From the IMG/VR virus record IMGVR_UViG_3300032243_000944, positions 1-27,792 of that record: 27,792 nt of DNA. One strand, 5' to 3'. The DNA is from a virus. Lineage: Duplodnaviria > Caudoviricetes. Under the pieces are notes generated by a model. The model saw only the letters and a program-made list of their open reading frames with translations. It had not been told where the DNA came from and made no database searches. The position numbers and the translations under genes were made by a program. Below, one piece after another: positions 1 through 9,500 of this stretch; within the stretch, counting starts at the first letter, position 1; each line of letters starts with the position of its first letter.

Positions 1-1
1 C

Positions 2-3000
2 AAGAACGAAGGCAATGCAGTATACAATGGTGTGTATACTTGGAGCAATGCCACGGTTATTGTGCGGTCAACTGATGCAGACGAATACGGTCCAGACAGT
101 GTTACTCAATTAAGTCTAAATGACTATTTCTTTACCACCAATGGTAATGTCAACGCTGGTTCAGCATTTGTGGTCAACGCACCCACGGGTACTATTACGT
201 TTGGCATAAGCAATATCTCTTTTGCTCTGTTCAGCCAGGCCACAACCTATACAGCCAACGTTGACGCTGGCCTAAGCCTAATCGGCACACAATTTAATGC
301 CAAGGTAGATAACAACACCACAGCATTTGATGTCACTGGCAACATCATTGTCAAGGCTGGCGCCAATCTGACTACACCCAACATTGGCGCCGCCACTGGT
401 ACAAGTCTAAGCGTAACAGGCAATGTCAACAGTGGAAATGTCAACACAGGCGGCCTAGTAAGTGCCACTGGCAATGTCACTGGCGGAAACGTATTCACAG
501 GTGGATTAATAAGTTCAACTGGCAATGCCACATTCGGCAATGTCTTAACTGGTGGTTTAATATCTGCGACTGCTAATGTCACTGCTGGCAATTTGATCAC
601 AGGTGGATTGATCACAGCCACTGGCAACATACAAGGTGGTAATGTTCTAACCGGCGGCTTAATATCAGCAACTGGTAATGCCACACTTGGAAACGTACTT
701 ACAGGTGGATTGATCAGTTCAACTGGCAACATCACAGGTGGTAATCTGCTTACCGGTGGCATATTGTCAGCAACGGGCAATATCATAAGCGTTGCTAACA
801 TTAGTGGCGGAAATATTTTAACTGCTGGAGTAGTTTCAGCAACTGGCAACGTAGCCGGTAATTTCTTTATTGGTAACGGTAGTCAACTTACTGGGGTGAT
901 TGCTGCCGGCGGTCAAGGTAACACAATCACACTGGGAACACCCACAGATGGTAGTTTAACAGCCAATGGTGCCTACCAGGGATGGACCACAGCAACTTTT
1001 GTCACAGATGGCATAGATGATCTAAACCAAGTGGCATTCAACATTGCCAACAGTACCTACGTGGGCAACACCTATATCACTGCCAATGTTTATTCTGGAC
1101 CCAGTCCACTGACAGTGGCGTTTACCGGTCACTATATTGGTAACCCTAATAGTTATTTGTGGCAATTTGGTGATGGCACAGCCAACGCAACCACAGCCAA
1201 TGCCACTCATACCTTTACCAATGCTCTAGGTGGAACTTATACTGTGACCTTCACTGCCTTTAATACCAATGGAACTTACAACGGTAATGCAGCCAATGGT
1301 GCCAAAGGTTCTACCAGTACTGCCAACATTTCAAACATTGTGTTGTATACTCCAAGTCCAATACCGTCATTTACTCTAAGCAGTAACAGTTTCAACACTG
1401 GCAATACCATAACCATAACCAACACCAGTCAGTATGTGACCTGGTATGATTTGAGTTTTGGCGATGGTACTGCCAACTTCACTGCTGGTCCTGGCCTGGG
1501 CAACACATCATTTACCAGCGTTACCCATCAATACAACTCTGTGTCATCCAATGCAGACAGTTTGTACAGTGTGATCCTGAGTGGTACCAGTAACACAGCC
1601 GGTGCCAGCAATGTCACGGTTGTTTCATCAGCCAGCAATGTCAAAGTTTACTCGCCACAAACAGGCAATGTGTTCTTCACTGCCAACCGAGCCAATGTTA
1701 TCAATGGATTGGGCGGTATAAGTTTCCGCAACGACTCAAATGGCACGCCTGGAAACACCGCCAGTTTTGGCGCACAACAATTGTACAACTTCAACTACGG
1801 CGACGGCAATGTGGGCAATGTGAATGTGGGCACAGGCATTGCAGGCAATCCGTCGGCAGCCAATGTCACTAACACGTTTGCACTGAGTTCTGCAAACCAG
1901 GCCGCCAATGCATATCAACAGTTTACGGCTAACTTGTTCTTGTACACTGGCTATAGTTCTAGTCCAGCCAAGAGCGGCAACATCACCATCACAGTTGAGC
2001 CACAGACTCGTGCCAACTATATTGGAACCACTGCCAACGTTGTAACAGATGCCACTGCCAACACAGGCAATGCCAGAGTTGGATATCTCTATACTGACTA
2101 TAACAATGCCAACCGTTCTACTTTCACCTTCCAGAACACCAGCCAGAACAGCAACTTGGCCAATTGGTCCTGGGGCGACAGCACATTCAGCAACGGTGTG
2201 TCAAATGTGGGCAACACACTTCACACCTACAACAGCACCGGTGCTTTCACAGTGGCGCTTACTGCCAATGGCACACCCAATGGCATAACCAGCACAGCAC
2301 AAAGCAACACCATCTCCAATGTTGGTTATATCTTTATTGCCAGCAACCCCACAGCACCCACAAACCTTAGTGGCTTCTCCAACTTGGCTATTGCCAATAC
2401 CAGTGAAGGAACCAGTCCTTTGTTGGCAGCCGGCGCAAGAGATGCATCAGGTGGCAACATTGTGGCCAATGGCGCAAGCGTCACACGTTTTGCCGCCACA
2501 ACAACAATTGCTACTGCGGCCAATATTATCAACGCCAACACCGGAATAAGTTCAAGTCAGTTGACGGCCAACTTGTTTGCCTATGTCAACAATGCCAATG
2601 CTGGTAACGTGACATTTAGCAATGTGAGTAACACTGTGGGAACATCTGGAGCATTGGTTGTGGCAGCCGACAGAGACTTACACGTGGCCAACGCCGCGGT
2701 ACCCAGTTATTTCTACAAAGTGTTCAGTGCCAATATCAGTTGTGCTTTGAGCAGTTTGGGCACAGGTTACAACAACTACAAATTGGTAGACTCAGTAACA
2801 GGCAACACCAACTACGTGGGATTCGTCAAGGACAATTTGAATTCGTCACCCAGTCTGGTCACTGCCAATATCGCAATGGTCGAAGCCACAGCAGGAACCT
2901 ATAGATACATTTCGGGCATTCCTTACTACAACACAGGCTCGCCCACAATTACCATTGCCAATTTGGAAGTGTCAAACTTGTCTGGGCAGACATTTAGAAG

Positions 3001-4003
3001 TGCTGATCCATTCATTCTGGACAGCGGAACAGTGTCGGAAGGTTCGGGTGCTGTGCTATCAGCAACACAGACCAAAGCACTCAGCACAATCAACAATGCC
3101 GCCAACAGTTTCCTGACCAGTGCTAACTTGAATGCCAACGTGGGCATTGCTTCAAACTATGTGCTTGGTAATCTAACTGGTAATATTACAGGTGCCAACA
3201 ACAGCGTGGCCACTTTACAGGCCAACATATTCAACGTGATAGGTACCAGTACCACAGTACAGTTGCCGACCAAGATACAGATGTATGCTGGTGCAAACTC
3301 CGGAGTAAACGAACAGTTGATCACTTGCACACCCACTGCCAACACACAAGCGGCCATACGTGTGGTGATGAGTACCGCAGGTAGTACCCCGGTGTTCTCT
3401 GGAGCCACCAATTTCTATACTGCCAATGCTTGGTCAGGAGCACAGACCATTGCTGGCACACCTGAAGCAGTTGTGCGGTATGGTGTACTCCAACAGTATG
3501 CAGTTGATTTGTCAACAGGATATTTGCCAGTGGGACCAAACTTGACAGTCACTGGTAATCGTACAAGTACACAGTATTTTACTTTTGCATTTGCAAGGCC
3601 AAGCCTGGCCAATTTTGATATCAGGATCACAACCACCACTGGTGTTGCCGGTGTGTTTGTGGCTGCGCCAGGCACAACCATAGACACAGGCGGATTTTCG
3701 TCACCTACTCCGGGTTTTCCTGGACCCACAAGTACGTTAAATGGATGGTTGACAGCATCTACACAGTATGCTGGATCAGGCGTGCCTGGCGCGGCCACTG
3801 CAACCGGCGGCAACGGATCAAATGGATGTGCATTAACTGGTGCAGATGTGATACCGTTAAATACAGCAATTGCCAACGTAGGATACACAATGACCTTGGG
3901 AGGACAAAACGCTGCCAACAGCACCGGTACCAATATTTTAATTAGAATTGCCCTGGCTTCTGGACAGTCTATCACAGCCTTGTCAATAGGAGTAGCCGCA
4001 TAA
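2..4003 (+). CDS. Large virion fibre/appendage protein (5'-truncated) with GNxTGG repeats and about four PKD-like domains
   Basis: The frame is open from base 2 (KNEGNAVYNGVYTWS...), so the true start lies upstream of the window. The N-terminal part aligns without gaps to 9414-9830. 17-aa repeats occupy ~410-850. PKD signatures at ~1080-2345: SYLWQFGDG...HTF...YTVTFTAFN, YDLSFGDG, YNFNYGDG, NWSWGD...HTY...FTVALTA. The TAA stop overlaps the next ATG (TAATG). Confidence 0.8.
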   Translation, partial: KNEGNAVYNGVYTWSNATVIVRSTDADEYGPDSVTQLSLNDYFFTTNGNVNAGSAFVVNAPTGTITFGISNISFALFSQATTYTANVDAGLSLIGTQFNAKVDNNTTAFDVTGNIIVKAGANLTTPNIGAATGTSLSVTGNVNSGNVNTGGLVSATGNVTGGNVFTGGLISSTGNATFGNVLTGGLISATANVTAGNLITGGLITATGNIQGGNVLTGGLISATGNATLGNVLTGGLISSTGNITGGNLLTGGILSATGNIISVANISGGNILTAGVVSATGNVAGNFFIGNGSQLTGVIAAGGQGNTITLGTPTDGSLTANGAYQGWTTATFVTDGIDDLNQVAFNIANSTYVGNTYITANVYSGPSPLTVAFTGHYIGNPNSYLWQFGDGTANATTANATHTFTNALGGTYTVTFTAFNTNGTYNGNAANGAKGSTSTANISNIVLYTPSPIPSFTLSSNSFNTGNTITITNTSQYVTWYDLSFGDGTANFTAGPGLGNTSFTSVTHQYNSVSSNADSLYSVILSGTSNTAGASNVTVVSSASNVKVYSPQTGNVFFTANRANVINGLGGISFRNDSNGTPGNTASFGAQQLYNFNYGDGNVGNVNVGTGIAGNPSAANVTNTFALSSANQAANAYQQFTANLFLYTGYSSSPAKSGNITITVEPQTRANYIGTTANVVTDATANTGNARVGYLYTDYNNANRSTFTFQNTSQNSNLANWSWGDSTFSNGVSNVGNTLHTYNSTGAFTVALTANGTPNGITSTAQSNTISNVGYIFIASNPTAPTNLSGFSNLAIANTSEGTSPLLAAGARDASGGNIVANGASVTRFAATTTIATAANIINANTGISSSQLTANLFAYVNNANAGNVTFSNVSNTVGTSGALVVAADRDLHVANAAVPSYFYKVFSANISCALSSLGTGYNNYKLVDSVTGNTNYVGFVKDNLNSSPSLVTANIAMVEATAGTYRYISGIPYYNTGSPTITIANLEVSNLSGQTFRSADPFILDSGTVSEGSGAVLSATQTKALSTINNAANSFLTSANLNANVGIASNYVLGNLTGNITGANNSVATLQANIFNVIGTSTTVQLPTKIQMYAGANSGVNEQLITCTPTANTQAAIRVVMSTAGSTPVFSGATNFYTANAWSGAQTIAGTPEAVVRYGVLQQYAVDLSTGYLPVGPNLTVTGNRTSTQYFTFAFARPSLANFDIRITTTTGVAGVFVAAPGTTIDTGGFSSPTPGFPGPTSTLNGWLTASTQYAGSGVPGAATATGGNGSNGCALTGADVIPLNTAIANVGYTMTLGGQNAANSTGTNILIRIALASGQSITALSIGVAA

Positions 4004-5868
4004 TGGCCGCCTCGTTCAACGAATCACAAAAGATTGACTATCTTTGGAAAAAGGTCGGCTATGGTGTAACCAAAACAGCCGAGCCTGAATCCAAGCAGGC
4101 CTTCAACGAAACCATACCCAGTCCACTGCTGTATCGTGGAGATCTTATATGGACACAGAGTGGAGACATACCTGCTTCGCCTCCTGGTAATACCACGTCA
4201 TTGGTGCAGGTATACAAAGACGGTGGCGGTGCCGGATACAGTCCCACTGTGCAATGTACCGAAGACCTAACAGCACCCGACAATCAAACCTGGAAAACCA
4301 ATTTAATCAACTGGATCCCCACGCAGTTTGGTGACAACTACCTGGTGCAGGTGTATGCCGGCGCCGCAAACATAAGCAATCCTCAAACAGCAGGTACCAA
4401 GTTGTTTGGCGCTGGGTCGGGCAGTGATGACACTTGGTTCTTTGACTATCAGTCTGGGGTGCTAAACTTCAATGGCGCAACTATACCAACTGCTATTGGC
4501 ACTGGCACAGCCAATGTAATTTACGTTGTGGGCTACAGATATGTTGGTGAGTTTGGTGTAGACACCACATTCATCAGCAACGGCACAAGTAATGTGAACA
4601 TTGCCACTGCCAATGGCAATATTACCGTGGGTGTGAATGGCACTGGCAATGTTGCTGTAATTTCTAATACCGGCGCATACATTTCAGGAGTGGTTTCAGC
4701 AAGCGGCAACGTCTCTGGCAATTACTTTATTGGTAACGGTTCGCAGTTAACAGGAGTATCAGCATCCAGTGTAAATGCCAATGCACTGATTGGCAACACC
4801 TTAAGTTCAAATGTCTTGTATTCAAGCCTGACTCAGGTTGGTACACTATCCAATGTATCAGTCTCTGGCAATGTGACAGGTGGCAATGTATTAACAGGTG
4901 GTTTGATAAGTGCTACTGGGAATATCACAAGTGCGGCTAATATCACGGGTGGTAATGTATTAACAGGTGGTGTTGTATCAGCAACTGGTAACGTAACCAG
5001 CGGCGGCGTTGTCACCACTGGACCCAGTGGCAACATCAGCGGCGCCAATGTTGTTTCTGCTACCACATTTACTGCCACTGGTAACATCACTGGTGGCAAC
5101 ATACTGTCCGACAATTATTATTATGCCAATGGCACGCCAGTTCCTCCTGGAATAGTATACACTGCCAACACAGCACCTCCTGTGAGTCCAGCACCCAAAG
5201 TGACTGACCAGTGGTATGATACAGCCAGTGACGTTCTTTACGAATTTCTCAATGATGGCACCAGCACCTACTGGGTGGACACCACAAGCCCTGCCTTTGC
5301 CGGTGGGGTAGTTGCCAACGTGGCCATCTCGGGCACCTTGGTACCAGTTGCCAATGTGACCTATGATATTGGCACCAACTCGGTATATTTCCGCAATACC
5401 TACACACAAAATCTCTACACCAACAACAGACTACCAGCGAGCAACATGCCACTTGGGGCAGTGGTACAGACAGTGATGAGTTCCAGTCTGGGCGGCGGTA
5501 TTACAAACAGCACTTCCTATGCTGACATCAGTTATGCAAATGTAACAATCACCCCGTCAAGTGCAACAAGTAAAGTATTAATTTTAGCCACAGGAACCAG
5601 TGGTTTTACTGCATTGTCTGGACAAGACGTCTCTGCTGATACTCAATTGGTTAGAAGTCCCAGTACCAGTTTGCAGATTCAAACAGTTGGCACGTCAGTT
5701 GCCGGCGGAGGTGTTGGTGTTTCTGGGGGCGTGAGTTACAGTTATATGGATGCTCCGGCAACCACCGGTGCTGTGACTTACAAACTACAGCAAAAAGTGT
5801 CCAATGCCAGCAGTACACTGACCAGCACAAACATCTGGTTGATAGCCATGGAGATTGCCGCCACATGA
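4003..5868 (+). CDS. Virion structural/tail fibre protein, 621 aa
   Basis: Globular N-terminal domain (DYLWKKVGYG...WFFDYQSGVLNF), then GNVTGG repeats and a module shared with 6600..13148. The C-terminal domain (GAVVQTV...ITPSSATSKVLI...YKLQ...LIAMEIA) is typical of phage fibre tips. Followed by a chaperone-like gene with an ATGA overlap. Confidence 0.75.
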   Translation: MAASFNESQKIDYLWKKVGYGVTKTAEPESKQAFNETIPSPLLYRGDLIWTQSGDIPASPPGNTTSLVQVYKDGGGAGYSPTVQCTEDLTAPDNQTWKTNLINWIPTQFGDNYLVQVYAGAANISNPQTAGTKLFGAGSGSDDTWFFDYQSGVLNFNGATIPTAIGTGTANVIYVVGYRYVGEFGVDTTFISNGTSNVNIATANGNITVGVNGTGNVAVISNTGAYISGVVSASGNVSGNYFIGNGSQLTGVSASSVNANALIGNTLSSNVLYSSLTQVGTLSNVSVSGNVTGGNVLTGGLISATGNITSAANITGGNVLTGGVVSATGNVTSGGVVTTGPSGNISGANVVSATTFTATGNITGGNILSDNYYYANGTPVPPGIVYTANTAPPVSPAPKVTDQWYDTASDVLYEFLNDGTSTYWVDTTSPAFAGGVVANVAISGTLVPVANVTYDIGTNSVYFRNTYTQNLYTNNRLPASNMPLGAVVQTVMSSSLGGGITNSTSYADISYANVTITPSSATSKVLILATGTSGFTALSGQDVSADTQLVRSPSTSLQIQTVGTSVAGGGVGVSGGVSYSYMDAPATTGAVTYKLQQKVSNASSTLTSTNIWLIAMEIAAT

Positions 5869-6533
5869 TCACTTTATTTCATGCTATCCAAAGTCTAGTG
5901 CCTGGCGCAGAAGTCAGTGTGGGCTTGTACGACCAGACTATAACTTGGCACCGGCCTGAAACGGCTCCTGTAACTCTGGAACAAATACAGGCAGAACAAC
6001 AGCGTTTGCAACAGGCCTATGACTGGAACGAGTATCAGAGAAATCGTGCCAGAGAGTACCCCAGCATTCAAGAACAACTGGATGCCTTATATCATGCGGG
6101 CGTGTTCCCCCCAGTAATGGCAGCCAGAATACGGGCAGTAAAAGCCAAATATCCACGTTACTCGCCGGACCATGCACAAACTGCAGAGCAGTCGGCGCCA
6201 ACGATGTCAGTTGAGCAGTGGTTGGCAGAAGAAGCAACAACAAAGATGACTGTAGAACAGTGGTTAGCACAACAACAGTCAGTAACGCCAATGACACGAG
6301 AACAGTGGCTAGCATCGCAGTCTGAAGTCAAAACAATAAATAATTCAGCATCAACAAATATGGTCACTGTTACTCGTACAATGACCGCAGAAGAGTGGTT
6401 GAGAGAGCAAGCATCTTTGGAAAGTGTTCAAAAGATGACCAGAGAACAGTGGTTAGAACAGCAAAAAACCGCAGTACAACCGCCGCAAATGACCCGAGAG
6501 CAGTGGTTAGCAGAGCAGGCAAAGATAGGTTAA
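5865..6533 (+). CDS. Tail fibre assembly chaperone-like protein (XkdW-like N-terminus) with C-terminal MTxEQWL repeats
   Basis: The N-terminal ~98 aa (AIQSLVPGAE...W...EQIQAEQQRLQ...YQRNRAREYPSIQEQLDALYH...IRAVKAKYP) resembles the small proteins encoded after phage fibre genes. ATGA coupling to the upstream fibre gene. Confidence 0.65.
   Translation: MITLFHAIQSLVPGAEVSVGLYDQTITWHRPETAPVTLEQIQAEQQRLQQAYDWNEYQRNRAREYPSIQEQLDALYHAGVFPPVMAARIRAVKAKYPRYSPDHAQTAEQSAPTMSVEQWLAEEATTKMTVEQWLAQQQSVTPMTREQWLASQSEVKTINNSASTNMVTVTRTMTAEEWLREQASLESVQKMTREQWLEQQKTAVQPPQMTREQWLAEQAKIG
6204..6520 (+). repeat. Six copies of peptide repeat M[TS]xE[QE]WLxx[QE]
   Basis: MSVEQWLAEE, MTVEQWLAQQ, MTREQWLASQ, MTAEEWLREQ, MTREQWLEQQ, MTREQWLAEQ. 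The DNA core GA(A/G)CAGTGG(T/C)T recurs. Confidence 0.9.
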
Positions 6534-6568
6534 TTAATAAATGTGTCAAAGTAAAATTTTTAGTTTGG

Positions 6569-6590
6569 CATAAGTAACACATAGCAGGAG
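6569..6590 (+). promoter_or_regulatory. Possible late promoter variant (CATAAGTA) and Shine-Dalgarno AGGAG for the 2182-aa gene
   Basis: CATAAGTA at 6569-6576 matches TATAAATA at 6/8 positions, in an AT-rich intergenic gap. AGGAG at 6586-6590 lies 9 nt before ATG 6600. Confidence 0.5.
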
Positions 6591-6599
6591 CAATTTTAT

Positions 6600-9500
6600 A
6601 TGTCATTTCCAACGTCGCCCACAAATGGACAAGTAACAGTAGTAAACCAGGTATCATACCAGTATTCTAGCGCAACCAATTCATGGACTAGAATTTTATC
6701 AACTGCCAATATCATTACAGCCAATACCATTGCTGTAAACGGTGCGCTCACAGTTGGTACCACAGTTTCAGCCACTGGAAACATTGTAACTGCGGCATAC
6801 TTTGTGGGTGATGGTGGCTATATCAGTAACATTAGTGCTGGTGCAGTTTCTGTTAGTAACATCAACAACGGAACTTCAAACGTTAAAATTGCCACATCTG
6901 GTGGTAATGCTACTGTTAACATTGGTGGCACAAGCAACGTGGTTGTGTTTGCTACCACTGGGCAATATGTAACTGGAGTGTCAAGTGTAAGTGGCACCAT
7001 CACTGGTGGCAACTTATCAACTGCTGGATTTGCAACTGCTACAGGCAATATTCAAGGTGGCAATCTCTTAACTGGCGGCCTTATTAGTTCTACTGGTACT
7101 ATCACTGGCTCTAGTCATTTGGGCTCAGTTGTAAGTGTAACTGCCAACGTAACCGGTGGTAACTTATTAACAGGTGGATTGATATCTGCTACATCAACAA
7201 TCACCTCAGCAGCCAATATCACAGGTGGTAACCTATTAACAGGTGGACTTGTTTCTGCAACAGCCAACGTAACCGGTGGTAATCTTTTAACCGGCGGGTT
7301 AGTTTCAGCAACTGGTACAGTAACTGGCTCAACTTTGATTGGTTCAGTTGTCACAGCAAGTGGCAACGTTGTTGGTGGCAATATCTTGACTGGCGGTGTT
7401 ATAAGTGCCACAGGAAACGTAAACGTAGGCAACTTGATCAATGCAGGTTCTGCCAGTTCCACTGGCAACATCACCGGAGGCAATTTATTAACAGGTGGCC
7501 TGATAAGTGCCACAGGCAATATCACTGGCGGTAATTTAGTTAGCAGTGGACAAATTAGCGCCTCGGGCAACGTCAATATTGGCACCAATTACTTCTTGGG
7601 TAACGGTGCATTCTTAACTGGTGTTATTACTTCCGTCGCCAACATCAACAATGGCAACTCCAATGTGTCTATCTATGCCGCTGGTGCCAATGTGGCAGTT
7701 AGCGTGGGCAACGTGGCCAACGTGGCGGTATTCTCTACAGCAGGCGAATATATTTCTGGCTTGTTGAGTGTGAGTGGCAATGTCACAGGTGGTAACTTGT
7801 TGACAGGTGGATTGATATCAGCCACTTCTACAATCACTAGTGCAGCCAATATCACAGGTGGTAATGTCTTAACTGGTGGTTTAGTTTCAGCAACTGGTAC
7901 AGTTACCGGTTCTACTTTAATTGGTTCGGTTGTTACAGCAAGTGGCAACGTCACAGGTGGTAATGTATTAACAGGTGGATTGATATCCGCTACATCAACA
8001 ATCACAAGTGCTGCCAATATCACTGGTGGTAACCTTTTAACTGCTGGCCTGGTATCGGCCACAGCCAACATAACCGGCGGCAATATCTTAACTGCTGGAG
8101 TAGTAAGTGCTACTGGCAACGCTACATTTGGAAATATCAGTACCAGTGGTGCTGGTGGTAACATCAGTGGTGCCAACGTAATTTCTAGTACTACACTCAG
8201 TGCTACTGGTAACATATACGGTGGTAATGTACTCAATTCGGGCATAAGTTCTGTCACTGGTAATATAACAGGTGGTAACTTGTTAACTGCTGGCCAAATA
8301 AGTGCCACAGGTAACATTACTGCCGCAACAAGTTCATTCTTCATTGGTAACGGATCACAACTGACAGGTGTTACTGCTACCAGTGCCGGCTTCCCAATTG
8401 TCACTGGAAACAGCAACATTTCTGCCGCACCCAATAGCAATATTGCGGTATCTGTAGGCGGTACTGCAAACGTGGCAGTGTTTGCCACCACAGGCGAATA
8501 CATCACTGGTGTACTAAGTGCAAGTGGCAACGTCACTGGTGGCAATTTGACCACTGGTGGTTTATTATCAGCAACAGGCACAGTGCAAGGCTCAACATTG
8601 ATTGGTTCAGTTGTCACTGCAAGTGGTAACATTACTGGTGGTAACGTACTTACAGGTGGATTGATTTCGGCCACTTCGACTATCACATCAGCAGCCAATA
8701 TCACAGGTGGAAACGTATTAACTGCTGGCTTAATAAGTGCCACTTCGACTATCACAAGTGCTGCCAACATCACTGGCGGTAACCTATTAACAGGTGGCTT
8801 GATATCTGCAACTGCCACAGTCACCGGTGGTAACTTGGCCACAGGCGGTTTTGCAAGTGCTACAGGTAATGTAACCGGTGGTAACATCAACACGGGCGGT
8901 TTAGTAACTGCTACCGGCAATGTAACTGGTGGCAACATCTCCACCGGTGGCGTTGTAACTGCCGCAGGCAATGTATTTGGCAACAACATCTTTGCCACAA
9001 CATCAGTAAGCACAGCAGGCAACGTGATTGCCGGCAACGTCAATACTGCTACCATTCGCCCCACAAGTGGCGCTCTAACAATCAGCACAGCATCCGGTGC
9101 TATCAACTTGAACCCTGCTGGTAACGTTATTCTAAGTGCTAACACTTGGATTAATAACTTGGCAAACCCAGTTCAAGACGGTGACGCGGCGTCTAAGTTC
9201 TATGTTGATACTGCGATATCATCGGGTATTCAATACCATCAACCAGTTTATGCGGCCACCACAACCACATTGGCCACGACCACAGGCGGTACAGTCACTT
9301 ATGCACAACCCAATGGTGTGGCCAACGGTGTTGGTGCAACACTGACCACAACAGGTAGTTTCAACTTGATCGACACTGCCAACGTTCAGTCAGCAGGCAC
9401 ACGTATCTTGGTCAAAGATCAAGCCAATGCTGTGCAAAACGGTGTGTATGTTTGGTCAAACGCCACTGTAATTACTCGATCACAAGACACAGACGAATAC

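Noticed and set aside
6204-6520. CRISPR-like array
   Set aside because: The repeats are short, degenerate at third codon positions and conserved as peptide inside an ORF. Spacing is irregular and there are no cas genes.
7673-9145. Long antisense ORFs (490 aa here; also 247-849, 3415-3975, 10241-11080 and others) with LPPV repeats
   Set aside because: These are shadow frames: the sense-strand GGN/AAY/ACN codon bias leaves the antiparallel frame stop-poor. They have no SD or promoter and only mirror the fibre repeats.
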